From an uncultured Clostridium sp. (GTDB lineage: Bacteria > Bacillota > Clostridia > TANB77 > CAG-508), in the NCBI GenBank assembly GCA_945877035.1, contig CAMCQH010000005.1, forward strand, positions 124-64,123: DNA of 64,000 nt, given 5' to 3'. The translations under genes and the position numbers were made by a program. Below, piece by piece: positions 17,928 to 28,024 of this stretch (its first letter is position 1; each line of letters opens with the position of its first letter). The notes beneath the pieces are model-generated. The model was not told the origin of the DNA and ran no database searches. It worked only from the letters and a program-made list of their open reading frames with translations.

Positions 17928-18287
17928 TCAAATAATTCTTGCTCCAAAAGGTGCTAAGGATAACTTTGCAATTTTGAAAAATTGAAGTCCGAATGGAATT
18001 CCTACTATCGTTATACACCAAAGACAACCAAAAACAAGATTTTCTAATGCCATTGGAATACCAAAAAATATAATCCAAATTATATTAGCAAACAATGAAG
18101 GTACTCCTCCACCATATTCTATATCTTTTCCAAATGGTGCAAATGATAATGATGCAAACTTAAAACATTGTTTGCCATAAGGAATTCCTATTATAGTAAT
18201 ACACCATAAAATTCCAGATATAAGCCATGATAAACCACTTAAGAAACCTCCAAAAATAAACCATAAAACATTACCTAAAAGACTCAT
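17928..18287 (-). CDS. YccF-domain inner membrane protein
   Basis: 119 aa. Duplicated GNVLWFIFGG..W.I.G...C.TIIGIP.G.Q.FK.A.L...PFG motif, typical of the YccF family. Confidence 0.8.
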   Translation of the reverse strand: MSLLGNVLWFIFGGFLSGLSWLISGILWCITIIGIPYGKQCFKFASLSFAPFGKDIEYGGGVPSLFANIIWIIFFGIPMALENLVFGCLWCITIVGIPFGLQFFKIAKLSLAPFGARII

Positions 18288-18406
18288 AATTATTCTCCTT
18301 TTCTGCTTGTTTCAATAAATTATTTGTTGTGCAATTATTTCTACAACAGTTACTAAACTGTTATAATTATAATATTTATTAATATTTTTTTCAACTAACA
18401 ACCTAT

Positions 18407-19108
18407 TTAATAACCATTTTGTTCTATTATTTTATTTGCTTCTTCTTGTGTCAAATACTCATATTCAACCATTTTATTCATTACTTGCTTTTGCCTTTGA
18501 ATTGCTAATTTTGGATTTTTGGTTGGTGCATATACACTTGGAGCATTTGGAATACCTGCTAATAATATACATTCGAAATCTGTCATTTCTTTTAATTCTT
18601 TATTGAAATATCCTCTGCATGCTTCTTTAACAGTATAATATCCATCTCCAAAATAACTTGTGTTCAAATACAATTCCAGTATTTGATCTTTATTATATTC
18701 TTTTTCTATTTCAAAAGCCATAAACACTTCTGCTATTTTTCTTGTAACTTTCTTTTCTTGTGTAAAATAGATATTTTTAGACAACTGTTGTGTTATTGTA
18801 CTGCCACCTTCAACAAAATCCATTGCTTTAACATCATTTACTAATGCTCTGCCTATTGCAATTATATCAATTCCATTGTGTTTATAAAATCTATGATCTT
18901 CGACAGATATAACTGCATTTTTATACATTTCTGGTATTTCGCCAATTTTAGTATAATTTTCTTTTTCTCTTATACTTGTAACTTTTTCTGATAACGGTAT
19001 TTCTTCTAGTGCATTTTTATACATATTATAGCCATTTCCTATCACTAATAGAGTTATGCTTACTGCTACTAATATACCCATAAAAATTACTTTTTTTATT
19101 ACTTTCAT
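18407..19108 (-). CDS. Monofunctional peptidoglycan glycosyltransferase (GT51)
   Basis: 233 aa. N-terminal TM. SVEDHRFYKHNGID and GGSTITQQLSKN GT51 motifs. No transpeptidase domain. Confidence 0.85.
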   Translation of the reverse strand: MKVIKKVIFMGILVAVSITLLVIGNGYNMYKNALEEIPLSEKVTSIREKENYTKIGEIPEMYKNAVISVEDHRFYKHNGIDIIAIGRALVNDVKAMDFVEGGSTITQQLSKNIYFTQEKKVTRKIAEVFMAFEIEKEYNKDQILELYLNTSYFGDGYYTVKEACRGYFNKELKEMTDFECILLAGIPNAPSVYAPTKNPKLAIQRQKQVMNKMVEYEYLTQEEANKIIEQNGY

Positions 19109-19160
19109 TCAAACCACCTGACTTCCTGTGGCATTATTTTAATTTATAATCCATCTAATT

Positions 19161-19511
19161 TTACTCTTTATAATTTGCTTTTACTTTGTCTGGAAGTTCA
19201 TTATATTGTACTTCCTCCCAACTATGAACTCCCGTTACAAGCATTACCTCTAATTTTAAATAAGCATTTTCTCTTAATTCTCTGCTAGTTTTAAATTTTA
19301 ATTCTTTTATCTTTCCATTTTCATTATAACAATCTAAAGTATATTGATATTTCATATCATCATTTGCAGAAATTTTTTCTACTCTTGTATTATCTATTTT
19401 AGTATAATAAACTGCTTGATGAAATTCCATAAAATAAAATGCTATTCCACAAATTGCTATCGCTACAATAATTGCAATAATCATTGGTATTTTTTCTTTT
19501 ATATTTTCCAT
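19161..19511 (-). CDS. YxeA-family (DUF1093) small secreted/membrane-anchored protein
   Basis: 116 aa. TM, then YYTKIDN...YQYTLDCYNENGKIKELKFKTSRELRENAYLKLEV. Located downstream of a BceAB-type module, as yxeA is after yxdJKLM in B. subtilis. Confidence 0.65.
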   Translation of the reverse strand: MENIKEKIPMIIAIIVAIAICGIAFYFMEFHQAVYYTKIDNTRVEKISANDDMKYQYTLDCYNENGKIKELKFKTSRELRENAYLKLEVMLVTGVHSWEEVQYNELPDKVKANYKE

Positions 19512-19524
19512 TTTTAAATTCCTC

Positions 19525-20013
19525 CTACTCTGAAATCACATAAATATTGCCTGTAAAATTTTCTAAATTTATTGATAAATAGTAACTCATTCCATCTATA
19601 TAGATAGTATCTTCATATTCTCCATCATCGCTTATTAGTGATAATTTATTTTCTCCTAATTTACTTATTACATTAATATTTCCAGTTTGTTTTTCTACTT
19701 TTATAGTAAGCTTTATATGATCTCCGTTTTTTCTATGTAATGTTGTACCTCCGAATATATCTTCTGTTCCTGTATAATTATCATATTTTGCTTTATATGT
19801 TCCTACATATTTATCTACTCCAAAATTCCTTTCTCCTTTTAAATCTTTATCTTTTGAAAGTCCTTTTGAAGAGAAAGTCTGAATAATACTATCATAAGTA
19901 TTCAATATTTCCTCTTTTGGTAAAGTAACGCCTATCTTTATTGAAATAGCTAATATTACTACAATTATTATAATTCCAATAAATATCATTTTAGGAATTT
20001 TAAATATAAACAT
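19525..20013 (-). CDS. Membrane-anchored hypothetical protein
   Basis: Start moved to M14 (GGAGG RBS, 9-nt spacing). One N-terminal TM, then a ~130-aa beta-rich domain. No motif recognised. Confidence 0.5.
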   Translation of the reverse strand: MFIFKIPKMIFIGIIIIVVILAISIKIGVTLPKEEILNTYDSIIQTFSSKGLSKDKDLKGERNFGVDKYVGTYKAKYDNYTGTEDIFGGTTLHRKNGDHIKLTIKVEKQTGNINVISKLGENKLSLISDDGEYEDTIYIDGMSYYLSINLENFTGNIYVISE

Positions 20014-20017
20014 ATAA

Positions 20018-22105
20018 CTATTCCTCCTCTTTGATGATATTTTTACTTCCAAAATATGTTGCTAGGAAATATGCACCATATATTATTCCTATAATAATTA
20101 TCGTAGCAACTGCTGATGGTAATAAATCTTCTTTGCTTGCTAACCCTGACATTAGTTCTATTGCAAATTGTATTCCAAATACAGAATGTATTATTGCTAA
20201 AATAAGTGGTACTCCAAAGAATATTGCAATTTGTCTAAATAGTGATTTATTTATCATTTTTTCATCACAGCCAATTTTTCTTAAAATAGTATATCTTTGT
20301 TTATTGTCTGAACTCTCTGTTAATTGTTTTAATGCTAATATTGCACTACTTGCTATCAGAAATATTATTCCTAAATAAATTGCAATAAATGTAACTATTG
20401 TTGCTACTCCAACACTTGATTCAATTATAGATATTTTTGTCATACCATCTATTTCTAAACCATTTTCATTCAAGTTTTGAATAAGAACGGAATCATTACT
20501 TCTAAATATTTCTTCTATTTCTTGCTTTTCCTCATCTGTATTTGCATTAAAATTGGCAACTAAAAATTGTTTTTCTTTCATATCATCTGTTAAGTTACAA
20601 CTATCTGGTACTAAAATAATACCTGTATTCATATGACTTGTTGACATCATAATAAAACCACTTTTACATTCATTATATTTTGACTTATATTCTTTTCCTG
20701 CAATCTCCAAGATATTTTCATCTGCTAGTACTCTATCTCTTATAGTTCCAATTCCATCAAAATCACAAAGTACAATATATTCATTATCTTTCAATTCATA
20801 TTGTTCTATTCCATAAAGTGAAGCTACTTTATTATAGTCTGATATTTTTACTATTTCTTCTGCTGTTTCATAAGCAAGCATTGGAAATTCTAATTTTATT
20901 GATTGTAGTTTATTTTTCAAGAAATCTCCCATAGTTAAATCATTGGTTGCATAAATTGGTATTTCTATTACATCTTTAAGTAATGTCATATCTAGTCCAT
21001 TATTCTTCAATGTTTCTTGTAGTGTAATTCTTGAATCTGCTCTTTGAGCTTCTGTTGTCTTTACTTCTTTTCCATATTTTATATAACTTTCTGGTAGATT
21101 TGCTGTTTTATATAGATTCAAATCCACTGGTGTCATTTCTACTAATTCTCTTTGCATTGTATTTCTCAATGCTAAACTTGATGAAAGTATTGAAATTGTC
21201 ATAAACAACATTAAGCAAATAACACTCATACTTATAACTGTTGTATTGATTTTACTGTTAATTTGCCTTAATACAAACATATTAGTGCCATTTAAATAGA
21301 TATTTTTTATTGATTGTACTACTTTTAATATAAAACCAGATAAAGACCAAAATACCAATATTGTTCCAGTAATTCCCATTAATATTGGTGGTAATAATTT
21401 ATCTGCTGTACTTAATGAGTGAACATCTCCTGTCACTTTCCAATAAGCATATCCTAACAAGCAACTTGCTCCAATAAATACAATTATAGAAATAATAGGA
21501 TTTTTTATTTTTACTTTTTCATTTTTCTTTGTAGCATTTAATAGATTTATCAATTTATATCTTGAAACTGTCATTGTATTAAAGAACATAACTGCTATAT
21601 ACATAACTGCAAAATATACACAAGTCTTTATACAAGCTGTTTTTGAAAAGACAAATTGAAAATTACTCATATCTGCTTCAAACATTTTTGCTACTAATAC
21701 AGACATAAATTGTGATGCAAATATTCCTATAACAAGTCCTACTACAAGTGAAATAATACCTACAAATATTGTTTCTAGTATTATAATTTTAGATATTTGC
21801 CTCTTTCCCATTCCAAGTGTCATATATATACCAAATTCTTTTTTTCTACGATTGATTAAGAAATTATTTGCATATACGATAAGCAATCCTAATACTACTG
21901 CAACAAATACCGATACATATCCTAGCATACTTACCATAAGTTTGATAATGTCCCTTGTTGAATTAGATACTTGTAGCATTGCTTCTTGACTATCTAATGA
22001 GTTGAACATATAGAATATTGCAACTCCTAACACTAATGTTAAAAAATATATAGCATAATCCTTAAAGCTCTTTTTCATATTTTTAATTGATAACTTAAAT
22101 AACAT
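20018..22105 (-). CDS. BceB/YxdM-type ABC transporter permease (FtsX-like, 10 TM, large extracellular loop)
   Basis: 695 aa. Two FtsX-like 4-TM bundles plus a ~220-aa loop (residues about 320-540). Overlaps the ATPase gene by 11 nt. Confidence 0.9.
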   Translation of the reverse strand: MLFKLSIKNMKKSFKDYAIYFLTLVLGVAIFYMFNSLDSQEAMLQVSNSTRDIIKLMVSMLGYVSVFVAVVLGLLIVYANNFLINRRKKEFGIYMTLGMGKRQISKIIILETIFVGIISLVVGLVIGIFASQFMSVLVAKMFEADMSNFQFVFSKTACIKTCVYFAVMYIAVMFFNTMTVSRYKLINLLNATKKNEKVKIKNPIISIIVFIGASCLLGYAYWKVTGDVHSLSTADKLLPPILMGITGTILVFWSLSGFILKVVQSIKNIYLNGTNMFVLRQINSKINTTVISMSVICLMLFMTISILSSSLALRNTMQRELVEMTPVDLNLYKTANLPESYIKYGKEVKTTEAQRADSRITLQETLKNNGLDMTLLKDVIEIPIYATNDLTMGDFLKNKLQSIKLEFPMLAYETAEEIVKISDYNKVASLYGIEQYELKDNEYIVLCDFDGIGTIRDRVLADENILEIAGKEYKSKYNECKSGFIMMSTSHMNTGIILVPDSCNLTDDMKEKQFLVANFNANTDEEKQEIEEIFRSNDSVLIQNLNENGLEIDGMTKISIIESSVGVATIVTFIAIYLGIIFLIASSAILALKQLTESSDNKQRYTILRKIGCDEKMINKSLFRQIAIFFGVPLILAIIHSVFGIQFAIELMSGLASKEDLLPSAVATIIIIGIIYGAYFLATYFGSKNIIKEEE

Positions 22106-22862
22106 CGTTCAAATCACCTCCAAGAAGTGTTTGCACCTCAATTATCTTCTCAAAGAATTGTTTTCTTGTATCATTTCCTTTAACTAATTCATTAAAGATT
22201 TTTCCATCTTTTATAAATATAATTCTATCTGCATAACTTGCTGTAAAAGCATCGTGTGTTACCATTAAAATAGTTGCATTTAATTTTTGATGTAAGTAAT
22301 CAAATGTCATCAATAATTGTTTTGCTGATTTACTATCTAATGCACCTGTTGGCTCATCTGCTAATACTATTTTAGGATTTGTTATTATTGCTCTTGCAGC
22401 TGCACATCTTTGCTTTTGCCCTCCAGATACTTGATATGGATATTTGTTCATTATTCCTAAAATATCTAATTTTTTTGCTATTTCGTGAACTCTATTGTTA
22501 ATTTCAGTAGCATTTACTTTTTGAATTGTTAATGCTAAAGCTATATTTTCATAAATTGTTAATGTATCTAACAAATTAAAGTCTTGAAATATGAAACCTA
22601 ATTCCTCTCTCCTAAATTTGTTTAATTTATTTCCTTTAAGTTTTGTAATATCTTCTCCGTTGATAATGATATGTCCTGATGTTACTCTATCAATAGTAGA
22701 TACACAATTCAAAAGTGTAGTTTTACCAGAGCCACTTGCTCCCATAATTCCTACAAACTCTCCATTTTTTACATTAAAGCTAATATTGTCTATTGCTTTT
22801 GTTAAATTAGATTTGTTTCCATAGTATTTTTCTATGTTTTTAACCTCTAATACATTTTCCAT
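22095..22862 (-). CDS. BceA/YxdL-type ABC transporter ATP-binding protein
   Basis: 255 aa. Walker A GASGSGKTT, signature VSGGQKQR, Walker B IVLADEPTGALD. Confidence 0.95.
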   Translation of the reverse strand: MENVLEVKNIEKYYGNKSNLTKAIDNISFNVKNGEFVGIMGASGSGKTTLLNCVSTIDRVTSGHIIINGEDITKLKGNKLNKFRREELGFIFQDFNLLDTLTIYENIALALTIQKVNATEINNRVHEIAKKLDILGIMNKYPYQVSGGQKQRCAAARAIITNPKIVLADEPTGALDSKSAKQLLMTFDYLHQKLNATILMVTHDAFTASYADRIIFIKDGKIFNELVKGNDTRKQFFEKIIEVQTLLGGDLNDVI

Positions 22863-23002
22863 CTAAAAAACTCCTTCCCTTTCTTTGTATATCTACATTA
22901 TAAATTCATTTTAAAATATTTGCCATCGATTTACCTTACAATAACATTACATTTTTTGTAAGATTTCTCATTTATAAAAATAAGCCCATAACTAATATGG
23001 AC

Positions 23003-24019
23003 TTACAAATTCATATAACTGCTTTTAGGAAATATGATTCTAACTTCTGTTCCAATGTCTTTTTCTGAATTTAATTCTATTCCTAATCCTAATTTGTCGC
23101 ATAATTTCTTACATAGATATAACCCAATACCAGTAGATTTCTTATTTATAGTTCTTCCATTTTCTCCTGTAAAGCCTTTTTCAAAAACTCTTGTTATTTC
23201 TCGTTTTTTTATTCCAATTCCATTATCTTTTATATATAAAACAACATTTTCTCTTTTTGTAATAGCATATATTTCTATCTTTCTATCTTTAATTTTTGAA
23301 TACTTAATTGCATTTTGTATAATCTGATTTATTATAAAAACTGCCCATTTGCTATCTGTATATACTTCTCTTTCCAAATCGTGTAATTCTATACTTGTCT
23401 TACTTGAAAGTAATGCACTTTTATTTTTCAAAATTGCCGCATTTACTATTTCTTGCAAATTTGATTTTGTAACAACATAATCTTTGTTAGCGGTATTACT
23501 TCTAGCATAAAACAATGCTTGTTCTGTATAATTTTCTATTTTATCAAGTTCTTCATCAATACTTTTAGTTATTTCATTTTTGTTATTTTCAATAATCAAT
23601 TTACTTGTAGCAATAGGTATTTTTATTTCGTGAATCCATAGCTCAATGTAATCTTTATAATCTTCTTGCAATCTCTTATAAATATTTACATTTTCTAACA
23701 TAGATTTTCCAGCTTCTTGCATAGTTTTTTTTAATATTTTGCCCTCAAGAAAATCTGGAGTATTTATTATTTCTGATATTAAGTATTTATCCTCTAATTC
23801 ATCTAAATTACTTTTTAATTCATTATAAAAATTCTTCTTTTTTCTATATTCAATAGCAATATCAATACCAATTATTAAAATCGGACATATTGCAATATAA
23901 AGCCTTGTAAATACTCCAATTTGTGTATAAGGTAATAATAATATCTCCGAACTTACTATTACAAATAATACTAAAAAAATCAATAATATCTTTTCTTTTA
24001 TAAAATCTTTAAATCTCAT
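23003..24019 (-). CDS. Intramembrane-sensing histidine kinase (BceS/YxdK type)
   Basis: 338 aa. Two N-terminal TM helices with almost no loop. H-box region EIKIPIATS. N/G boxes NAIKYS..DNGIGI..GTGIGL. Confidence 0.9.
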   Translation of the reverse strand: MRFKDFIKEKILLIFLVLFVIVSSEILLLPYTQIGVFTRLYIAICPILIIGIDIAIEYRKKKNFYNELKSNLDELEDKYLISEIINTPDFLEGKILKKTMQEAGKSMLENVNIYKRLQEDYKDYIELWIHEIKIPIATSKLIIENNKNEITKSIDEELDKIENYTEQALFYARSNTANKDYVVTKSNLQEIVNAAILKNKSALLSSKTSIELHDLEREVYTDSKWAVFIINQIIQNAIKYSKIKDRKIEIYAITKRENVVLYIKDNGIGIKKREITRVFEKGFTGENGRTINKKSTGIGLYLCKKLCDKLGLGIELNSEKDIGTEVRIIFPKSSYMNL

Positions 24020-24687
24020 TTTAATAGATACCCCTGTCCCCTTCTTGTTTCAATTTGATCTATTAGTCCTAATTCTTCGAGCTTCGTTCTTAATCTTTTA
24101 ATATTTACATTTAATGTATTATCATCAACAAATTCTTCACTTTCCCATAAATAGTCCATTATTTCATCTCGAGATATTACTTGTTGTCGGTGTAAAACTA
24201 AATACTCTAATATTTTATATTCGTTTTTTGTTAGTTCAACCTTATTATCTTCTTTTTCTATAATTCTCCCTGCTGTATTTAGTACAAACTCTCCACAGTC
24301 TATTTTATCTGGATTATTTCCTGCATTTTGATTTCTTTTTAATAGTCCAACAATTTTGGCAAGAAGTATTTGAATGTTATATGGCTTTGTTACATATTGA
24401 TCCGCACCATAATTTAATGAAAGTAATTCATCCATTTCACTATCTCTACTAGTTACCATTATAATAGGCACATTAGATGTTTTTCTTATTTCTTTGCAGA
24501 TAAATTCTCCATCTGTATATGGTAAATTTATATCTAGTAATAATAAATCTGCTTTTTCATTCAGTATATCTTCTACTGCATTATCAAACTTTTTTAGACT
24601 TGTTGCTACAAATCCATTTTTATTTAAAAATGTTTCTAATTCATTTCTTAATTTTTCATCATCCTCGATTATTAGTATTTTTTGCAT
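24016..24687 (-). CDS. OmpR/PhoB-family response regulator (BceR/YxdJ type)
   Basis: Start at M8 (MQKILIIEDDE). LLLDINLP phospho-acceptor. C-terminal winged helix LTKNEYKILEYLV...RRGQGY. 4-nt overlap with the kinase gene. Confidence 0.95.
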   Translation of the reverse strand: MQKILIIEDDEKLRNELETFLNKNGFVATSLKKFDNAVEDILNEKADLLLLDINLPYTDGEFICKEIRKTSNVPIIMVTSRDSEMDELLSLNYGADQYVTKPYNIQILLAKIVGLLKRNQNAGNNPDKIDCGEFVLNTAGRIIEKEDNKVELTKNEYKILEYLVLHRQQVISRDEIMDYLWESEEFVDDNTLNVNIKRLRTKLEELGLIDQIETRRGQGYLLK

Positions 24688-24819
24688 TTTCACAACCTCC
24701 AACAGCATTATACCATATTTTTTCTAATATGTATCTTACATTTTTCGTAAGATTTCTATGCAAAAAATATAGATTAGTTATGTTGCAAACCAATCTAAAC
24801 AACAACTTGTAATTTGTCG

Positions 24820-25146
24820 CTATATTAATTTTATTTTTATTCCTACAACGCCATATTCTTTTTCTTGTTCATGTGTATAAAATCGAAGCATAGATTTTGT
24901 TTTTCTTTCAATTTCCTCTTTGTCAGTAAATACTTTTTTAAACAATTCCTCAAAACTTACATCTTTATATAAATCTAAAACTTCAACTACTATTTTTTCT
25001 TCTAACTCTGGTAATTTTGAAAATTCAATTTTATCTCCAATTTTTATTTGTTTTCTTTTTTCATCATATAATCTAAATTCTATTGTTTTAGTTCCATTTT
25101 TTATTCTTTCAAATGGACTTTCTTTTAATTTCATTTGATGTAACAT
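24820..25146 (-). CDS. ASCH domain protein
   Basis: 108 aa. MKLKESPFERIKNGTKTIEFRLYDEKRKQIKIGDKIEF is the typical ASCH/PUA-like N-terminus. Confidence 0.65.
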   Translation of the reverse strand: MLHQMKLKESPFERIKNGTKTIEFRLYDEKRKQIKIGDKIEFSKLPELEEKIVVEVLDLYKDVSFEELFKKVFTDKEEIERKTKSMLRFYTHEQEKEYGVVGIKIKLI

Positions 25147-25238
25147 ATTAATTCCTCCCTACAAATTACTATTTCTAGTTGAAATTATAACATAAAAACA
25201 AAAAATACTCCATACATTGCACAGAGTATTTAAAAATT

Positions 25239-25550
25239 TTATATCAAAATGTTTATAATATCGCACATATTAATATTTTCACTTTTATCAATTTGAATCT
25301 TCTTTCTTGTATAATCAATATTAGTAACAACTCCATTAATATCAATATATTGTCTGTTCTTGTAGTATCTTATTTTTGCACAACTTCCTTTTTCAATTTT
25401 ATTAAATTCATTTTCAAGGTCTGTTAAACTTTCTTCAGATAATTCTTTTTTTTCTTCATATTCTATTTCCTTTTCTCGTAATGCTTCTTGAAGCCCTTTT
25501 AGTGCATCAAAGGGAATAAATTGTTTTGCTCTATCAACTCTACTACCCAC
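25239..25550 (-). CDS. YolD-like protein
   Basis: 103 aa (GTG start, GGAGG RBS). RAKQFIPFDALKGLQEALREKE. Directly downstream of a Y-family polymerase gene, the usual uvrX-yolD arrangement. Confidence 0.7.
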   Translation of the reverse strand: MGSRVDRAKQFIPFDALKGLQEALREKEIEYEEKKELSEESLTDLENEFNKIEKGSCAKIRYYKNRQYIDINGVVTNIDYTRKKIQIDKSENINMCDIINILI

Positions 25551-26800
25551 CGATTATGACCTCCTATCAACTCATTTCTAATCATTGTTGTTGCACCTTC
25601 TTCTAAATTCATTCCTCTTAAAATTTTATTTTTTCCCATCTTATTTTTTATACTACACATTGCTAATTCTAATTTTCTTTCTTTATCTATTTTTTCTTGA
25701 TCTGTAAATAAGTTTAATTGTATATTTTCAGTTTCAATTACATTAGCAAAACTAATCCCTATCCTTCTAACCCCTGTAAATCTATTAGTTGTTCTATCAT
25801 ATAAATTTAAAAATGCTTTTAAGAGTTCTGAATAAACATTGGTGCAAGTTGTAATCTTTTGTGTTCCTCCTGTGGCTTTAATGACATCTTTTGAATAGCC
25901 TATATATAACTGTACTGTATCAGTTACTAAGTTACTTTCTATTAGTCTTAAACTTCCCAATTCTACCATTTCCTTTAAGACTAATCTTGCTTTTTCAAAC
26001 GAATAATCTTCAAATAATATCTGACTATTAGAAATTGAGTTAGTTTTTGGTTTGTATGCTTTTATATCAGCAATTGTACAACTTTCCTTCCCCCAGGAAT
26101 GGTCTATTAAATATTCAGCATTTACTCCAAATTCTTTATATAATTTTTTTGGTTCTGAATGTGCAATATCGTACATATCAAATATTCTCATCTTGTTTAA
26201 TCTTCTTTCAATTCCATTTCCAATTTGCCAAAAGTCAGTTAAAGGTTTATGATGCCATAATTCATTTTTATATTTTTCTTCATCTAAATACCCTATATTA
26301 GTTGAACTATGTTTTGCTGTTATATCTAATGCTATTTTGGTTAAATACATATTTGTTCCTATTCCTGCTGTTGCTGTAATTCCATAAGTGTTAAATATAT
26401 CTTTAATTATTGTTTGTGCAAGTTCTACAGCTGTCATATTATACATTTTAAGATAATTTGTAGCATCCATAAAAGCCTCATCAATTGAATACACATGTAT
26501 ATCTTCTTTTGCAAAATACTTTAGATATATTGCGTATATATTTGCAGAATATTCGATGTATTTTTTCATTCTAGGCAATGCTACTATATATTTTACTGTA
26601 GGTGGTATTTCATAAATTCTACATCTATTTTTTATTCCTAACATTTTCATCTTTGGAGATATTGCTAAACATATTGCTCCTTTTCCTCTGCTTGGATCAG
26701 CTACTACTAGGTTGGTGTTGAAAGGATCTAAATGTCTTTCTACACATTCAACTGAAGCATAAAATGTTTTTAAATCTATACATAAATATGTTCTTTGCAT
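25499..26800 (-). CDS. Y-family DNA polymerase (UmuC/UvrX/ImpB type)
   Basis: Start at M23 (GGAGAG RBS). YLCIDLKTFYASVECVERHLDP..NLVVADPSR..SIDEAFMD motifs. The last 17 codons follow an in-register CGG (25550-25552); skipping its C would end the protein at 25543 (...GGHNGG). Confidence 0.9.
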   Translation of the reverse strand: MQRTYLCIDLKTFYASVECVERHLDPFNTNLVVADPSRGKGAICLAISPKMKMLGIKNRCRIYEIPPTVKYIVALPRMKKYIEYSANIYAIYLKYFAKEDIHVYSIDEAFMDATNYLKMYNMTAVELAQTIIKDIFNTYGITATAGIGTNMYLTKIALDITAKHSSTNIGYLDEEKYKNELWHHKPLTDFWQIGNGIERRLNKMRIFDMYDIAHSEPKKLYKEFGVNAEYLIDHSWGKESCTIADIKAYKPKTNSISNSQILFEDYSFEKARLVLKEMVELGSLRLIESNLVTDTVQLYIGYSKDVIKATGGTQKITTCTNVYSELLKAFLNLYDRTTNRFTGVRRIGISFANVIETENIQLNLFTDQEKIDKERKLELAMCSIKNKMGKNKILRGMNLEEGATTMIRNELIGGHNRWVVELIEQNNLFPLMH

Positions 26801-26977
26801 ATTTTTCACTCTCCAATCTATAACTTTTAAAATTATTATAGCACCATTTTTAGTATTTGTAAACATTTGTTTGTATATAATTAAAAAGAATTTTTTTCCA
26901 ACTTTGGAATAATTTAGAAAAATAAAAAAGCTAGTTTATAAAACTAACTTTTTCTGTTTTATTCTTTTATTTAGGTA

Positions 26978-27232
26978 TTATAATTCATATATATTTGCTT
27001 TTACAAGAACTCTCTGTATTTTACTCTTTTCATCAAAAGAGATTTCCCAAATGCTTCCTGATATAGACCTTTTTATTTTCATTTCTTTGGTAGGTTCTCC
27101 TATTAATTTATTTAATTGCTTTTGTAGTTGTACTTTATTAGTATAAATTATTAGTTTTTTCTCATCATAGAGAACATTAATTGTAGTTTCCATCTCTGTT
27201 TTATTTGGTTCTTTATATATTTTCTCTTTCAT
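26978..27232 (-). CDS. Hypothetical protein (84 aa)
   Basis: Start set at the ATG with GAGGAA RBS. No motif recognised. Confidence 0.45.
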   Translation of the reverse strand: MKEKIYKEPNKTEMETTINVLYDEKKLIIYTNKVQLQKQLNKLIGEPTKEMKIKRSISGSIWEISFDEKSKIQRVLVKANIYEL

Positions 27233-27296
27233 AACATTCCTCAAATTTCATATTATTTTATATTTTTTTGTCTTTTGTGAATGTTACTTTTCATAC

Positions 27297-27467
27297 TTAC
27301 TTTGAAAAAATAACTTTTTTTATATCTTTTTCCTCTATTTGCAATATTCCCTTTGACTTTCCATGCTTATCTACAATTTCTACTTTATATCCATTTTTAT
27401 TAATTTCTATAATTGTTGCTTTATTTCCATTATTTAATTCAACAACATCAAAGATTTTTATTTTCAT
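27297..27467 (-). CDS. Small DUF4926-like protein (56 aa)
   Basis: Below the ORF-track cutoff. AGGGAG RBS. MKIKIFDVVELNNGNKATIIEINKNGYKVEIVDKHGKSKGILQIEEKDIKKVIFSK resembles the recalled DUF4926 pattern. Confidence 0.45.
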   Translation of the reverse strand: MKIKIFDVVELNNGNKATIIEINKNGYKVEIVDKHGKSKGILQIEEKDIKKVIFSK

Positions 27468-27477
27468 AAGTTTCTCC

Positions 27478-27807
27478 CTATTTTTTTGTCAATTGATAAC
27501 TTTGTTCAATTAATTCCTTTACTAAATTAACATCAACATTTTCACTCAAAATCACAGTATTCCAATGTTCTTTATTCATGTGGTATGCAGGTATAATATA
27601 ATCGTATGAATTTCTTAACAAATCGGAATAATTAGGTTCTGTCTTTACATTTAGATACAATTCTCCCTTGACTTCCATTATTAAGGCAAACCATTTTTTA
27701 TTATTTGTGTGTTTCATTACTACACTTGCATTATCATCTGGAAAAGGATAATCTTCAAATGTATTTGGCAATGTTAAACAATATTTAATGACATCTCGTT
27801 TATTCAT
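27478..27807 (-). CDS. MmcQ/YjbR-family DNA-binding protein
   Basis: Start at M4. YCLTLPNTFEDYPFPDDNASVVMKH..KKWFALIM...HMNKEHWNTV is typical of the family. Confidence 0.75.
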   Translation of the reverse strand: MNKRDVIKYCLTLPNTFEDYPFPDDNASVVMKHTNNKKWFALIMEVKGELYLNVKTEPNYSDLLRNSYDYIIPAYHMNKEHWNTVILSENVDVNLVKELIEQSYQLTKK

Positions 27808-27823
27808 ATATATCAATCCTATT

Positions 27824-28003
27824 TTAATATAATATACTGCTAAATTTATTATTATATTTATTTATGTCTTTTGTACTTTGGCTCATAATAAAATCAGTTA
27901 CTTTCATTTTTAAATTTTCAACTTCCTCTGTTGTATAATTTTTATCTTCTACACATATTCCTGCTTCATTAAATAATTCTATATCTTTATTTGAAAATTT
28001 CAT
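27824..28003 (-). CDS. Small hypothetical protein (59 aa)
   Basis: Below the ORF-track cutoff. AAGAGGA RBS then ATG at 28003: MKFSNKDIELFNEAGICVEDKNYTTEEVENLKMKV... Confidence 0.35.
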   Translation of the reverse strand: MKFSNKDIELFNEAGICVEDKNYTTEEVENLKMKVTDFIMSQSTKDINKYNNKFSSILY

Positions 28004-28024
28004 TGTTACATCCTCTTTTCCATT

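Noticed and set aside
17851-18078. The 75-aa ORF overlapping the YccF gene in another frame.
   Set aside because: It is entirely inside the well-supported YccF CDS, with no RBS and no recognisable sequence.
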